A stretch of 64,000 nt of DNA. It comes from Armatimonadota bacterium (lineage in GTDB: Bacteria > Vulcanimicrobiota > JACPDS01 > JBDRKI01). The position numbers and the translations under genes are program-made. This document shows, in pieces, positions 20,919 through 29,475 of the stretch. Each line of letters starts with the position of its first letter. Within the stretch, counting starts at the first letter, position 1. The notes under the pieces are model-generated. The model ran no database searches. It saw nothing but the letters and a program-made list of their open reading frames with translations, and was not told the DNA's origin. The DNA is taken from NCBI GenBank assembly GCA_043814095.1, contig JBDRKI010000102.1, positions 32,001-96,000 on the forward strand, in the 5' to 3' direction.

Positions 20919-21417
20919 ATACATATATGTCTAAAGGCAAATTTTAAACCCCTTAAAACGCATTTAAATGCGCCGGATTTTTACGGTATTTTACCCCTGC
21001 CGGTTTTATATGATTTATTAACCCTGTTTCTGTTTTTTTTAATTATTTGATATGTTAACTTATTTTTTGAAAATTAATTTTAATTTGTATTAAATTTATT
21101 TTTATGGATATTTTTTAAAATATATTTTATTGAAGATATAAAAACATACGAATAAATTTTTATGAATATAAACCAGCAGAATGTAAAATAATAAAAATAT
21201 CAATAGGGGAATTTAAAAATTTTCAAACTCCCCTATCTGTTTTTGTGTTTTTTCGTAATGATCTATATTTTCAAATATGACATATCCGGCAAATGCTTGA
21301 TATATATAGCATTAATAGTGATTATCTCTCAGGTTTGATTTTTAATTAAGCGGTATACATATATGCCTAAATCCGGATTTCAACCCCATTAAAAGGCAAA
21401 TAAATGCGTCAGAATTT
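20919..21417. repeat. Degenerate 63-bp direct repeat (element A) at 20919-20981 and 21355-21417
   Basis: Ungapped by-eye alignment gives 49/63 identities; both copies start ATACATATATGyCTAAA. Confidence 0.8.
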
Positions 21418-21525
21418 GGAGCTGATTTCATTTTTCGCCGGCTCGGTTTTTGTCTTAAACTTTTATACAGATAATGCAAAAATAATAATAGGGGAATTTA
21501 TTTTTTTTAAAAAAAACTCCCCTAT
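21203..21525. repeat. Duplicated hairpin (element B) at 21203-21236 and 21488-21525
   Basis: ATAGGGGAATTT...AAACTCCCCTAT followed by CTGxxTTTGTGT in both copies; the second lies just past the yggU stop and may be its terminator. Confidence 0.8.
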
Positions 21526-21563
21526 CTGAATTTGTGTATGTTTATGATTTATTTTTTTGTATT

Positions 21564-21848
21564 TTACATGTTCTTTATTTTTTTTATTAAATTTTCTCTG
21601 CTAATTTTAATTCCAATTAATTTGTTCTGAACGGTTTCGCCTTTTAAAATTATAAGATCGGATTTTCTTATGTCTAATTTTTTTGATAACAGATCTATAA
21701 CAGCCTTGTTTGCTTTTCCTTTTTCAGGCGCAGATGTAACTTTAATATAAAATTTGCTATCCCTTAAATCAATCTCGTTTTTCCTTGATTTAGGATTAAC
21801 CTTAACTTCACAAGTTACATATTCTTTATATATACCTGTTTTTATCAT
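21564..21848 (-). CDS. DUF167/YggU family protein
   Basis: VKVNPKSRKNEI...IKVTSAPEKGKANKAVIDLLSK...ILKGET..NK. Confidence 0.88.
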   Translation of the reverse strand: MIKTGIYKEYVTCEVKVNPKSRKNEIDLRDSKFYIKVTSAPEKGKANKAVIDLLSKKLDIRKSDLIILKGETVQNKLIGIKISRENLIKKIKNM

Positions 21849-21926
21849 TATTTTATCCTTATATCTATATATTTCTTTCTAAGATTAAAAAATCCTTGTT
21901 TTATGCAATTTTTTACCCCTAAAATG

Positions 21927-21980
21927 TTAACAATTTTGTAACATTTTGGCAATATTTTGGTAACATTACTGGATTATAAT
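21927..21980 (+). promoter_or_regulatory. Four 11-bp-phased TTAACA-like boxes plus -10 element
   Basis: TTAACA 21927, GTAACA 21938, GCAATA 21949, GTAACA 21960, then TATAAT 21975-80. Confidence 0.6.
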
Positions 21981-22019
21981 ATAGATATAGAAAAAAAAAC
22001 AGATCCTGGGGGGTAAAAT

Positions 22020-22472
22020 ATGGGAAGTTTCAATATAATAAATAGTAATATCAGGACAGGTTATACAAGCGCAATGACAAAATTAAGCACCGAGAAAAAG
22101 AAACAAAAGGCGGAAGAAATTTTAAACAAGCTTTCTGATTTAATAAATAAAGGTGTAATAACTACCAAAAATTATGGTTCTCTTAACAGATGTTTAGAAG
22201 ATTATAACTGCAGGTTAAGATTTAAACATACCACAGATAACGATTTGCTTGTCGGTTACAGTTATAAGCTGAAGGACGGCGAAGGATATGTATATTATTC
22301 ATTCAGGAAAAAAAGTTATGAAGTTTGTTATATAAAACAGGATGGGTATTCTTTCCGCAGAGCCGAAGATTGTGAAAAAAGATCTCTTAATTCAAAAATA
22401 GTAGCTACACATTCAAAACTTGAAAAAGAAGGTGTAATGCAAAGGCTGGAACAAATGGCTAAAAAATATTAA
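22020..22472 (+). CDS. Hypothetical basic protein
   Basis: 150-aa ORF with GGGGG RBS and its own promoter; 3' end overlaps the rnc stop by 4 nt. Confidence 0.7.
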   Translation: MGSFNIINSNIRTGYTSAMTKLSTEKKKQKAEEILNKLSDLINKGVITTKNYGSLNRCLEDYNCRLRFKHTTDNDLLVGYSYKLKDGEGYVYYSFRKKSYEVCYIKQDGYSFRRAEDCEKRSLNSKIVATHSKLEKEGVMQRLEQMAKKY

Positions 22473-23182
22473 TCAAATTTTTCCAGCGCCTGCTTTGCGG
22501 CAAGCTGCTCCGCTTCTTTTTTGGTACTTGATATGCCTTTTCCCAATTTTTTGTCCCTGTGGTAAACCGCTACTTCAAATGTTTTCTGATGAGCGGGTCC
22601 AGATTCTTTTAAAGTTCTGTATTCCGGAAGTTCTTTGTATTTATCCTGGATTTTTTCCTGCAGTATGCTCTTGTAATCAAAATCCTGTGTCATACTTTCT
22701 TTTATAATATTTTTATAGAAATAAATGACGAATTTATGTGTAATATCTAATCCGGCATCAAGGTATATGGCTCCTATTAAAGCTTCAAAGGCATCTGCAA
22801 GGATAGACTGCCGCTGCCTGCCTCCCCCTGCTTCCTCTCCCCTGCCTAGAAAAAGATAATTTCCCAGTTTTAATTTTTTCGCTATATCAAATAATATACT
22901 GCCGCTTACTATACGTGATTTGCATTTAGAAATATCTCCCACGACAAGTTTTGGGTATTTGTCGTAAAGGTAGCGGGTTATAACAAGGTTAAGGACAGAA
23001 TCACCTAGAAATTCAAGTTTTTCGTAACTTAAATTTTTATTTATCTTGTTTTCATAGCAGTAGGATTCGTGTGTAAGCGCCTGAACATATATATCTTTAT
23101 TGCCGGGCGTAAATCCGAATTTTTTGCTTAAATATTCCAGCAGCTTATCTTCGGATTTTCTTTTTAATTTATTTTTATTCAA
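22469..23182 (-). CDS. rnc: Ribonuclease III
   Basis: ALTHES, YEKLEFLGDSVL, ADAFEALIGAIYLD, C-terminal dsRBD (DYKSILQE, GPAHQKTF, KKEAEQLAA). Confidence 0.96.
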   Translation of the reverse strand: MNKNKLKRKSEDKLLEYLSKKFGFTPGNKDIYVQALTHESYCYENKINKNLSYEKLEFLGDSVLNLVITRYLYDKYPKLVVGDISKCKSRIVSGSILFDIAKKLKLGNYLFLGRGEEAGGGRQRQSILADAFEALIGAIYLDAGLDITHKFVIYFYKNIIKESMTQDFDYKSILQEKIQDKYKELPEYRTLKESGPAHQKTFEVAVYHRDKKLGKGISSTKKEAEQLAAKQALEKFD

Positions 23183-23198
23183 AGCCTATCCTTATATC

Positions 23199-24446
23199 TT
23201 AATTCGTGTATTTTTTAAATATTAATACCGCGTTCTGTCCCCCGAACCCGAACGAGTTATTCATGGCGTATTCCATATCTCTTTCCACTGCTTTGTTAGG
23301 GGTGTAATTAAGATCGCATTCAGGATCGGGAGTATCCAGGTTTATTGTCGGCGGCACTATGCCGTTTTTAATGGCCATTGTACATACTATTGATTCCACG
23401 GCTCCTGCGGCTCCCAGGCAGTGTCCGTGCATTGATTTTGTTGAACTTACAGAGAGCTTGGGTGCGTGATCTTTAAATACCATTTTCAGCGCTTTTGTTT
23501 CCGCGGGATCGCCTACAGGCGTTGCCGTACCGTGTGCGTTTATGTAATCTATTTTATCCGGAGTTATGCCCGCGTTTTTAATGGCGGCATTCATAGCAAG
23601 AGATGCGCCCTTTCCCTCGGGATCAGGCATTGTTATATGATAAGCGTCTTCACTAGCACCGTATCCAACAATTTCTCCGTATATTGTTGCGCCTCTTTTT
23701 TTAGCGTGTTCCAGATCTTCAAGTATTAGTATGCCGGCGCCTTCGCTCATAACAAAGCCGTCCCTGTCTTTATCAAAAGGACGTGAAGCTTCTTGGGGAT
23801 TGTCGTTTTTTGTTGATAATGCTCTTAAAGCACAGAAACCCGCCACGCTCATAGGAGTTATAGCGGCTTCCGTGCCGCCGGCTATCATAACATCTGCTTC
23901 CCCCCTTTTTATAATATGACATGCTTCGCCTATTGAATGAGCGCCTGTCGCGCAGGCTGTCATGATAGATAAATTGGGACCTCTTATACCGAAAAATATG
24001 CCCAGCTGTCCGGAGGCCATATTAGATATCATCATTGGTATAAAGAATGGACTTACTTTGCTGGGTCCTCTTTCAAAGAGTACTCTAAACTGGTTCTCAA
24101 GTGTTTCCATACCGCCTATGCCTGAGCCGACAAGAGCGCCGATTCTGTCGGAGTTTTCTTCATTTATTTCAAGATTTGCGTCAGCAAGAGCTGTTTTTGT
24201 CGCGCCTATGGCATAGTGCAGGAACTTATCCAGTTTACGGATCTCTTTGGGTTGTATATAATCCTGAACATTAAAATCTTTTACCTGCCCCGCAAACTTT
24301 GTCGCAAAGTTAGTTGTATCAAAATATGTTATATCAGATATACCCGACCTTCCGTTAATTAAATTATCCCAGAAAGTATCAATTTTAGAGCCCAGTGATG
24401 AAACAATACCCATTCCTGTTATAACAACTCTTTTGTTGTTCTGCAT
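23199..24446 (-). CDS. fabF: 3-oxoacyl-ACP synthase II
   Basis: RVVITGMG, TACATG (Cys), NAHGTAT, KSMHGHCLGAAG, NSFGFGG. Confidence 0.96.
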   Translation of the reverse strand: MQNNKRVVITGMGIVSSLGSKIDTFWDNLINGRSGISDITYFDTTNFATKFAGQVKDFNVQDYIQPKEIRKLDKFLHYAIGATKTALADANLEINEENSDRIGALVGSGIGGMETLENQFRVLFERGPSKVSPFFIPMMISNMASGQLGIFFGIRGPNLSIMTACATGAHSIGEACHIIKRGEADVMIAGGTEAAITPMSVAGFCALRALSTKNDNPQEASRPFDKDRDGFVMSEGAGILILEDLEHAKKRGATIYGEIVGYGASEDAYHITMPDPEGKGASLAMNAAIKNAGITPDKIDYINAHGTATPVGDPAETKALKMVFKDHAPKLSVSSTKSMHGHCLGAAGAVESIVCTMAIKNGIVPPTINLDTPDPECDLNYTPNKAVERDMEYAMNNSFGFGGQNAVLIFKKYTN

Positions 24447-24521
24447 AATTCACCTCATTGTAATAAACTTCACTTTATCTGCTACAAATCATGTTAGAAG
24501 GATTAATTTTAAGTTTACTTA

Positions 24522-24546
24522 ATTCTATAGGTATACTATACTTCCT
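24522..24546 (-). promoter_or_regulatory. Sigma-H-like promoter for fabF-rnc
   Basis: Minus strand AGGAAGT...: AGGA-N17-GAAT. Confidence 0.55.
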
Positions 24547-24574
24547 TCTAAAGATATAATTTAGGCGGTGTTAC

Positions 24575-25552
24575 ATGAAAAAGTACTTAGTTTTAACTAT
24601 TTTTCTAGTATTTGCCCTTTCTGTTTTTGTTTACGCTAATAATAGCTTATCCGCGGAAGAATATCAAGTCATACCCAATAATAATGAGATCATCCATGAC
24701 TGTAATTCCACAGTATCTATATTGTTTAATAAATCTTTATTAAATAATATAGAAATTAATAATACTAAAATCTTTCTTAATAGTAAAGAGATATCAAAAA
24801 AATGCTTATATAACGGAAATTCTATAACTTATCTGCCTATTATTTCTCTTCCCGCCGGCATAAATCAGGCAGAGGCCTTTATTGTGTATAAAGACGGCGG
24901 AGAAAAATCGGTTAAATGGACATTTAATGTGATATCCAAGGATAATATAACTTCTGTAGAGCATGACGCAGTTGATACATTAATTATAAATGAGGATCTG
25001 AAAGTAACTATCAAAGGCATAGAAGGAGCCCGAGCAAGTTTTGACATAGGAGACAAAATAAAGAATATACCTTTAAAGGAAACATCTCCGGGTATCTATG
25101 AAGGTGTTTACAAAATTAAGCCTATTGATAATTTCGGTTCTGAAGACATAATAGGACACTTAAAATTCAATACAGAACTTGAATCTTCATGCAAAGCCGA
25201 GAAGCAGGCTGATATAAGGGGTGATTTGTTTCTAGTAAAAATTATTTCTCCGAAACCTGAAGACAGGGTCGGCAAATCATTTGAGATAATCGGCAGGACA
25301 AAACCTCATGCCCTTGTAATGATATCTTCTTTAATGTGGCTTAAAAATATACCTATTGTTAATGAATTAAAAGCAACCACAGGCGGATATGAAGCCAAAG
25401 CGGATGAAAACGGTATATTTAAAATGAAATACGGTATACCTTTTGAATTAAAAGATTCCACATATACATTAAAGTTTTTAGGGAAGGATGATAAAGGCAA
25501 TTATTCCATTCCTAATACCGTAACTGTAACTACCCGTGGAGGGAAAGACTAA
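24575..25552 (+). CDS. Exported protein with beta-rich (Ig-like) domains
   Basis: Signal peptide MKKYLVL...VYA; beta-strand patterns such as KWTFNV, PGIYEGVYKI, IIGRTKP, ADENGIF. Confidence 0.7.
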   Translation: MKKYLVLTIFLVFALSVFVYANNSLSAEEYQVIPNNNEIIHDCNSTVSILFNKSLLNNIEINNTKIFLNSKEISKKCLYNGNSITYLPIISLPAGINQAEAFIVYKDGGEKSVKWTFNVISKDNITSVEHDAVDTLIINEDLKVTIKGIEGARASFDIGDKIKNIPLKETSPGIYEGVYKIKPIDNFGSEDIIGHLKFNTELESSCKAEKQADIRGDLFLVKIISPKPEDRVGKSFEIIGRTKPHALVMISSLMWLKNIPIVNELKATTGGYEAKADENGIFKMKYGIPFELKDSTYTLKFLGKDDKGNYSIPNTVTVTTRGGKD

Positions 25553-25593
25553 TCTCCCCTATCAATTGTTTTTTTTTAAAAAAAATAAATTTA

Positions 25594-25636
25594 TTAACAA
25601 TTTGTTAATAATCTGTTAATATAATTATTATATAAT
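25594..25636 (+). promoter_or_regulatory. Three 11-bp-phased TTAAyA boxes plus -10 element, no downstream sense ORF
   Basis: TTAACA 25594, TTAATA 25605, TTAATA 25616, TATAAT 25631-36; same geometry as 21927-21980. Confidence 0.5.
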
Positions 25637-25666
25637 TAAACCAAGGAAAATTTTTATATTCTCTTA

Positions 25667-25935
25667 TCAGAATATTTTACCGTCTTTTGAAGCTATACAG
25701 GAGAACTCTTTACCTTTTTTGGAATACAGATTAATTATTTCATAGTTTGTATCTTTAGGAGTTATTATTTCCGCTTTATAAATGCCGTTATTAATTCTTC
25801 CCGAATTAATGGGGGATTAAGAAAATACTGGGTAACGCCTTTATCCAGAATCTGGCTCTTATAATCTCCTGTGTTATTTGACACCAGAATTGCTCCGGGT
25901 TTAATTGCGGCAGAATTTACTGGGAAGTTAAGCAT
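25667..25935 (-). pseudogene. Possible frameshifted small gene (~89 aa if restored)
   Basis: GGAG RBS and ATG 25935 open a 56-codon frame; a second frame opens at the C5 run (plus-strand G 25811-15) and runs ~49 codons to TGA 25669-67. Confidence 0.35.
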
Positions 25936-25965
25936 AATTTATTACTCCGTAAGTATTGGATTATA

Positions 25966-26433
25966 TTAATTTTCTTCTTCTTTAGGTTCTAAAAGCTTTA
26001 CTCCGTCCTGGATGGCTTTTAAAAATTCTTCGTGTTTTTCTGATTTTTCTTTATCGGATATTATGCAGTTCAGACATGTAATAAGTTCTTCTTTTTCTTC
26101 CGCGGTTACCTGTCTGTAGCTTTTCTGTTCATATGTACATACAGAAGCTGGGCCTGTTCTGTTAGCAGTCCCTGTATAAGCGTCTTTACTGAAATAAATG
26201 TCAGGGTTTTTGAATTTTTTGTCTTTTGTCTGTTTGACTATATAATTAAACTTGTCGGATCCCAAAGTAATAGTAAGCTTAACTTCTTTAGTTTTTACGG
26301 CGATATTCTTGGTTATTACTAAAGTGGCTTTTTTATCGCCTTCTAAATCGTAGTTAATCTGTTCTTTTTTCTCTACGCTGGGCCTGCTATAATATGTACT
26401 TGTTGCTCCCTGTGCAATAATAGTATTGTCCAT
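25966..26433 (-). CDS. Hypothetical protein
   Basis: 155 aa, strong AAGGAGGGG RBS, own sigma-70 promoter. Confidence 0.75.
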   Translation of the reverse strand: MDNTIIAQGATSTYYSRPSVEKKEQINYDLEGDKKATLVITKNIAVKTKEVKLTITLGSDKFNYIVKQTKDKKFKNPDIYFSKDAYTGTANRTGPASVCTYEQKSYRQVTAEEKEELITCLNCIISDKEKSEKHEEFLKAIQDGVKLLEPKEEEN

Positions 26434-26465
26434 TTTTCCCCTCCTTAAAATGATAGCATAGGTAA

Positions 26466-26530
26466 ATTTTATTAATTATTGGCAATAAAGTCAATGGAAT
26501 ACAGGCGTGAAAATGTTAACTTTTTGTTAA
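26466..26530 (-). promoter_or_regulatory. Sigma-70 promoter with upstream TTAACA-N5-TTAACA box
   Basis: Minus strand TTGACT(26494-89)-N17-TAAAAT(26471-66); TTAACA at 26530-25 and 26519-14. Confidence 0.6.
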
Positions 26531-26586
26531 CTTTTCACTCCATTAATAAATTATATTAATACTAATTATGTAAAATAAGGGATTTT

Positions 26587-27606
26587 TTACAATAATGATA
26601 TCTGGCTGTTCTGAGGTACTTCTAATCCCAAGTGTTCATAAGCGGATATCCCCGCGCATCTGCCTCTTGAAGTTTTGTTTATAAAGCCGAGCTGGATAAG
26701 ATACGGTTCGTAAACCTGTTCAATATTTTCAGACTCTTCATTTACGGCATGTGCTAAAGTTTCTATCCCCACAGGGCCGCCGTTAAATTTTTCTATAATA
26801 AAATGCATTATCTTTATATCCAGCTCATCCAACCCCTTAGAATCAATCCCTAATTTATAAAGGGAGTCGTTTGCTATGGTAGAATCAATAATACCTGTTT
26901 CCGCAACCTGAGCAAAATCCCTTACTCTTTTAAGAAGGCGGTTTGCGACCCTTGGCGTTCCCCTTGATCTATGGGCTATTATATAGCCGGCATCTTCTTC
27001 TACTTCAATATCCAGTATTCTGCTTGAACGCATAATAATGTCTTTCAGGTTCTCAGGGGAGTAAAAGTCAAGGTTGAAATTTATGCCAAAACGGTTGCGC
27101 AAGGGGGAAGTCAGCATGCCGGAGCGGGTCGTTGCGCCTATTAAAGTAAATTTAGGAAGCTTTATCTTAGCCGATTTTACGACAGAACTCTGTGATATAA
27201 CTCTGTCAAAGGTAAAATCTTCCATTGCCGAATAAAGTATCTCTTCTGTTGCACGGTTTAAACGGTGTATCTCATCTATGAATAAAACATCATTCTCTTT
27301 TAAGTTTTTTAAAAGCACAAGCAGGTCAATTGGTCTTTCAATCGCGGGACCGGATGTTGCTTTTATATCAACACCTATTTCATTGGCAATTATATTTGAC
27401 AGGGTGGTTTTTCCAAGGCCCGGAGGCCCGCATAATAATACATGATCAAGAGCTTCCTGCCTCATACCTGCGGCTTTTATGAATACCCTTAAATTTTCTT
27501 TGATATTTTCCTGGCCCACGTATTCATCTAATGTCTGAGGCCGCAAGGAGACTTCAAAATTTGCTTCTTCTTCCCCTCTCGCGGGGGATATGATGCGTTC
27601 TTCCAT
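26587..27606 (-). CDS. ruvB: Holliday junction branch migration helicase RuvB
   Basis: LRPQTLDEYVGQ, GPPGLGKTTL, FIDEIHRL, GATTR, RGTPRVANRLL, EPYLIQ; ATG 27606 preferred over 27633. Confidence 0.97.
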   Translation of the reverse strand: MEERIISPARGEEEANFEVSLRPQTLDEYVGQENIKENLRVFIKAAGMRQEALDHVLLCGPPGLGKTTLSNIIANEIGVDIKATSGPAIERPIDLLVLLKNLKENDVLFIDEIHRLNRATEEILYSAMEDFTFDRVISQSSVVKSAKIKLPKFTLIGATTRSGMLTSPLRNRFGINFNLDFYSPENLKDIIMRSSRILDIEVEEDAGYIIAHRSRGTPRVANRLLKRVRDFAQVAETGIIDSTIANDSLYKLGIDSKGLDELDIKIMHFIIEKFNGGPVGIETLAHAVNEESENIEQVYEPYLIQLGFINKTSRGRCAGISAYEHLGLEVPQNSQISLL

Positions 27607-27608
27607 AA

Positions 27609-28193
27609 TTATTTCCCCATAATTACCAGGCATTTTTCTATAAATTCATCAAAATGCGCTGTTTTTTCAAACTGGGAAGCGGCTTTATCTATAATATCTT
27701 CGGATTCTTTAGAAGAAAGCCCCAAACTCATTAAAACTTCCTTTGCTTCTTCGGTAAAACTTTCTTTTTCCGCTGGATAGTCTTTAGGGATTATCAATCC
27801 TACCTTTTCGGCCAGCTCTACCACAAGTCTCTGAGCCGTCTTTTTTCCCACGCCCGGCACTTTTGTTAAGGAAGCTACATCCTGTTTAAAAATAATTTTG
27901 GCAAGTTTTACTGCATCATAGTTATTTAAAATAGAGAGAGCTGCTTTAGGGCCTATGCCTGAGACGCTTATCATCATAAGAAATAGTTCTTTGTCTATGT
28001 TAGTCTCAAAACCGTAAATAGAGATATCATCTTCTTTTACGCATGTGTGAGCGGATAATTTAACCTCATCATCTAAGTTTAACTTGCCTATCGTTCTTAA
28101 AGGAACATTAACCCCGTACCCTACCCCGTTTACGTCTATAATAACGAGATTTTTACTTATACCGGATATTATTCCCTTTAATTGATGTATCAT
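27609..28193 (-). CDS. ruvA: Holliday junction branch migration protein RuvA
   Basis: DVNGVGY, YGF, VSGIGPKAAL, VPGVGKKTAQRL. Confidence 0.96.
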   Translation of the reverse strand: MIHQLKGIISGISKNLVIIDVNGVGYGVNVPLRTIGKLNLDDEVKLSAHTCVKEDDISIYGFETNIDKELFLMMISVSGIGPKAALSILNNYDAVKLAKIIFKQDVASLTKVPGVGKKTAQRLVVELAEKVGLIIPKDYPAEKESFTEEAKEVLMSLGLSSKESEDIIDKAASQFEKTAHFDEFIEKCLVIMGK

Positions 28194-28230
28194 AATTACC
28201 CTCCCCCGTATAATTATGTATGTATATAGA

Positions 28231-28710
28231 TTATATCATCATTTTTTCGCTTGCCAGATGGCATAAAGCTATCGCCACGGCGTCTGCCGCGTCATCAGGA
28301 GTCGGCGGCTTCTCTAAATTAAACTGAAGCTGAACCATCTGCTTCATTTGGTTTTTATCGGCTCTTCCGTAGCCCACAAGCGTGTTTTTCACCTGCAGGG
28401 GGGTATACTCAAAAAGTTTTACGTTTTTTACGGCGCAGGCAAGAAAAATAATTCCTCTTACTTCTCCTATGCTCAAGGCTGTTTTGGTGTTTTTATTAAA
28501 AAACAGCAGTTCTACCGCCAGAATATCAGGATTATATTCATCAATTAGAAGAGTCAATGCTTCATAAATCTGTTTTAGTCTATATTTCTTCTCGGTATCA
28601 GACGATGTTTTTATACACCCGTATTTAATTAAATCAACAACGTCACCCGATGTGTGTATTATTCCGTATCCTGTTGTCGCTGTCCCGGGATCTATGCCCA
28701 GTATTATCAT
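28231..28710 (-). CDS. ruvC: Holliday junction resolvase RuvC
   Basis: ILGIDPG, AVE.LFFNKN, EYTPLQVK, GYGRADK, PDDAADA.AIALCH. Confidence 0.96.
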   Translation of the reverse strand: MIILGIDPGTATTGYGIIHTSGDVVDLIKYGCIKTSSDTEKKYRLKQIYEALTLLIDEYNPDILAVELLFFNKNTKTALSIGEVRGIIFLACAVKNVKLFEYTPLQVKNTLVGYGRADKNQMKQMVQLQFNLEKPPTPDDAADAVAIALCHLASEKMMI

Positions 28711-28718
28711 ATTTTCTC

Positions 28719-29465
28719 CTAAGCAAGTTCCTGCAGTATCTCTTCAGGTATATCAAAATTGGCATGAACCTGCTGAACATCATCGTGTTCTTCAATAGCT
28801 TCCATTAATTTTAAAATTGACGAGGCTTGATCTTTATTAAGTTCTACCGTATTCTGGGGTATCATAATTATATTTGCCGATTCTAACTTAATTTTATTGT
28901 CTTCCAGAGCGGTTTTTACTTTATGAAAATCCGATATTTCGGTCTCAATTTCATAAGACGATTCCAGAGTTTTAAAATCCGAAGCTCCGGCGTTTATCGC
29001 TACTTCCATTAATTTTTCTTCTTCCGAGGCGGTTTTATCCACGGTAATAAGGCCTTTTTGAGCAAACATCCAGCCCACGCATCCTGTTTCGCCTAAGTTG
29101 CCGCCGTATTTTGAGAATAAGCTTCTTACTTCTCCTGCTGTTCTGTTTCTGTTATCCGTGGCTACTTCTATTATTATAGCTACTCCGTTAGGCCCGTATC
29201 CTTCATAAACTATGGTTTCGTAATTTTCCGCGCCTCCCGCGCCTGTTGCCTTATCAATAGTCCTTTTTATGTTATCAGCCGGCATATTAACTTCTTTAGC
29301 TTTGCCTATGGCTATTTTTAACCTGTAGTTTACCTCGGGATCAGCTCCGCCTTCTTTTACGGCCATAAATATTTCTTTGGCAATCTTGGTGAACATCTTC
29401 CCTCTTTTGGCGTCCATCTTGCCCTTTTTTTCCCTTATATTATGCCATTTTGAATGACCGCTCAT
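28719..29465 (-). CDS. yebC: YebC/PmpR family protein
   Basis: MSGHSKWHNI, YEGYGPNG, TDNRNRT, DDVQQV; canonical position before ruvC. Confidence 0.95.
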   Translation of the reverse strand: MSGHSKWHNIREKKGKMDAKRGKMFTKIAKEIFMAVKEGGADPEVNYRLKIAIGKAKEVNMPADNIKRTIDKATGAGGAENYETIVYEGYGPNGVAIIIEVATDNRNRTAGEVRSLFSKYGGNLGETGCVGWMFAQKGLITVDKTASEEEKLMEVAINAGASDFKTLESSYEIETEISDFHKVKTALEDNKIKLESANIIMIPQNTVELNKDQASSILKLMEAIEEHDDVQQVHANFDIPEEILQELA

Positions 29466-29475
29466 GAAAATCCTC

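Noticed and set aside
20586-21563. CRISPR array or integron attC cassettes next to the tyrosine recombinase
   Set aside because: Only two copies of each element, irregular spacing, no cas genes, no GTTRRRY/RYYYAAC core pairs, and no visible IntI-specific insertion in the recombinase.
26549-26576. Second dif-like candidate (TTATGTAAAAT)
   Set aside because: Arm symmetry is poor and such matches are expected by chance in AT-rich DNA.
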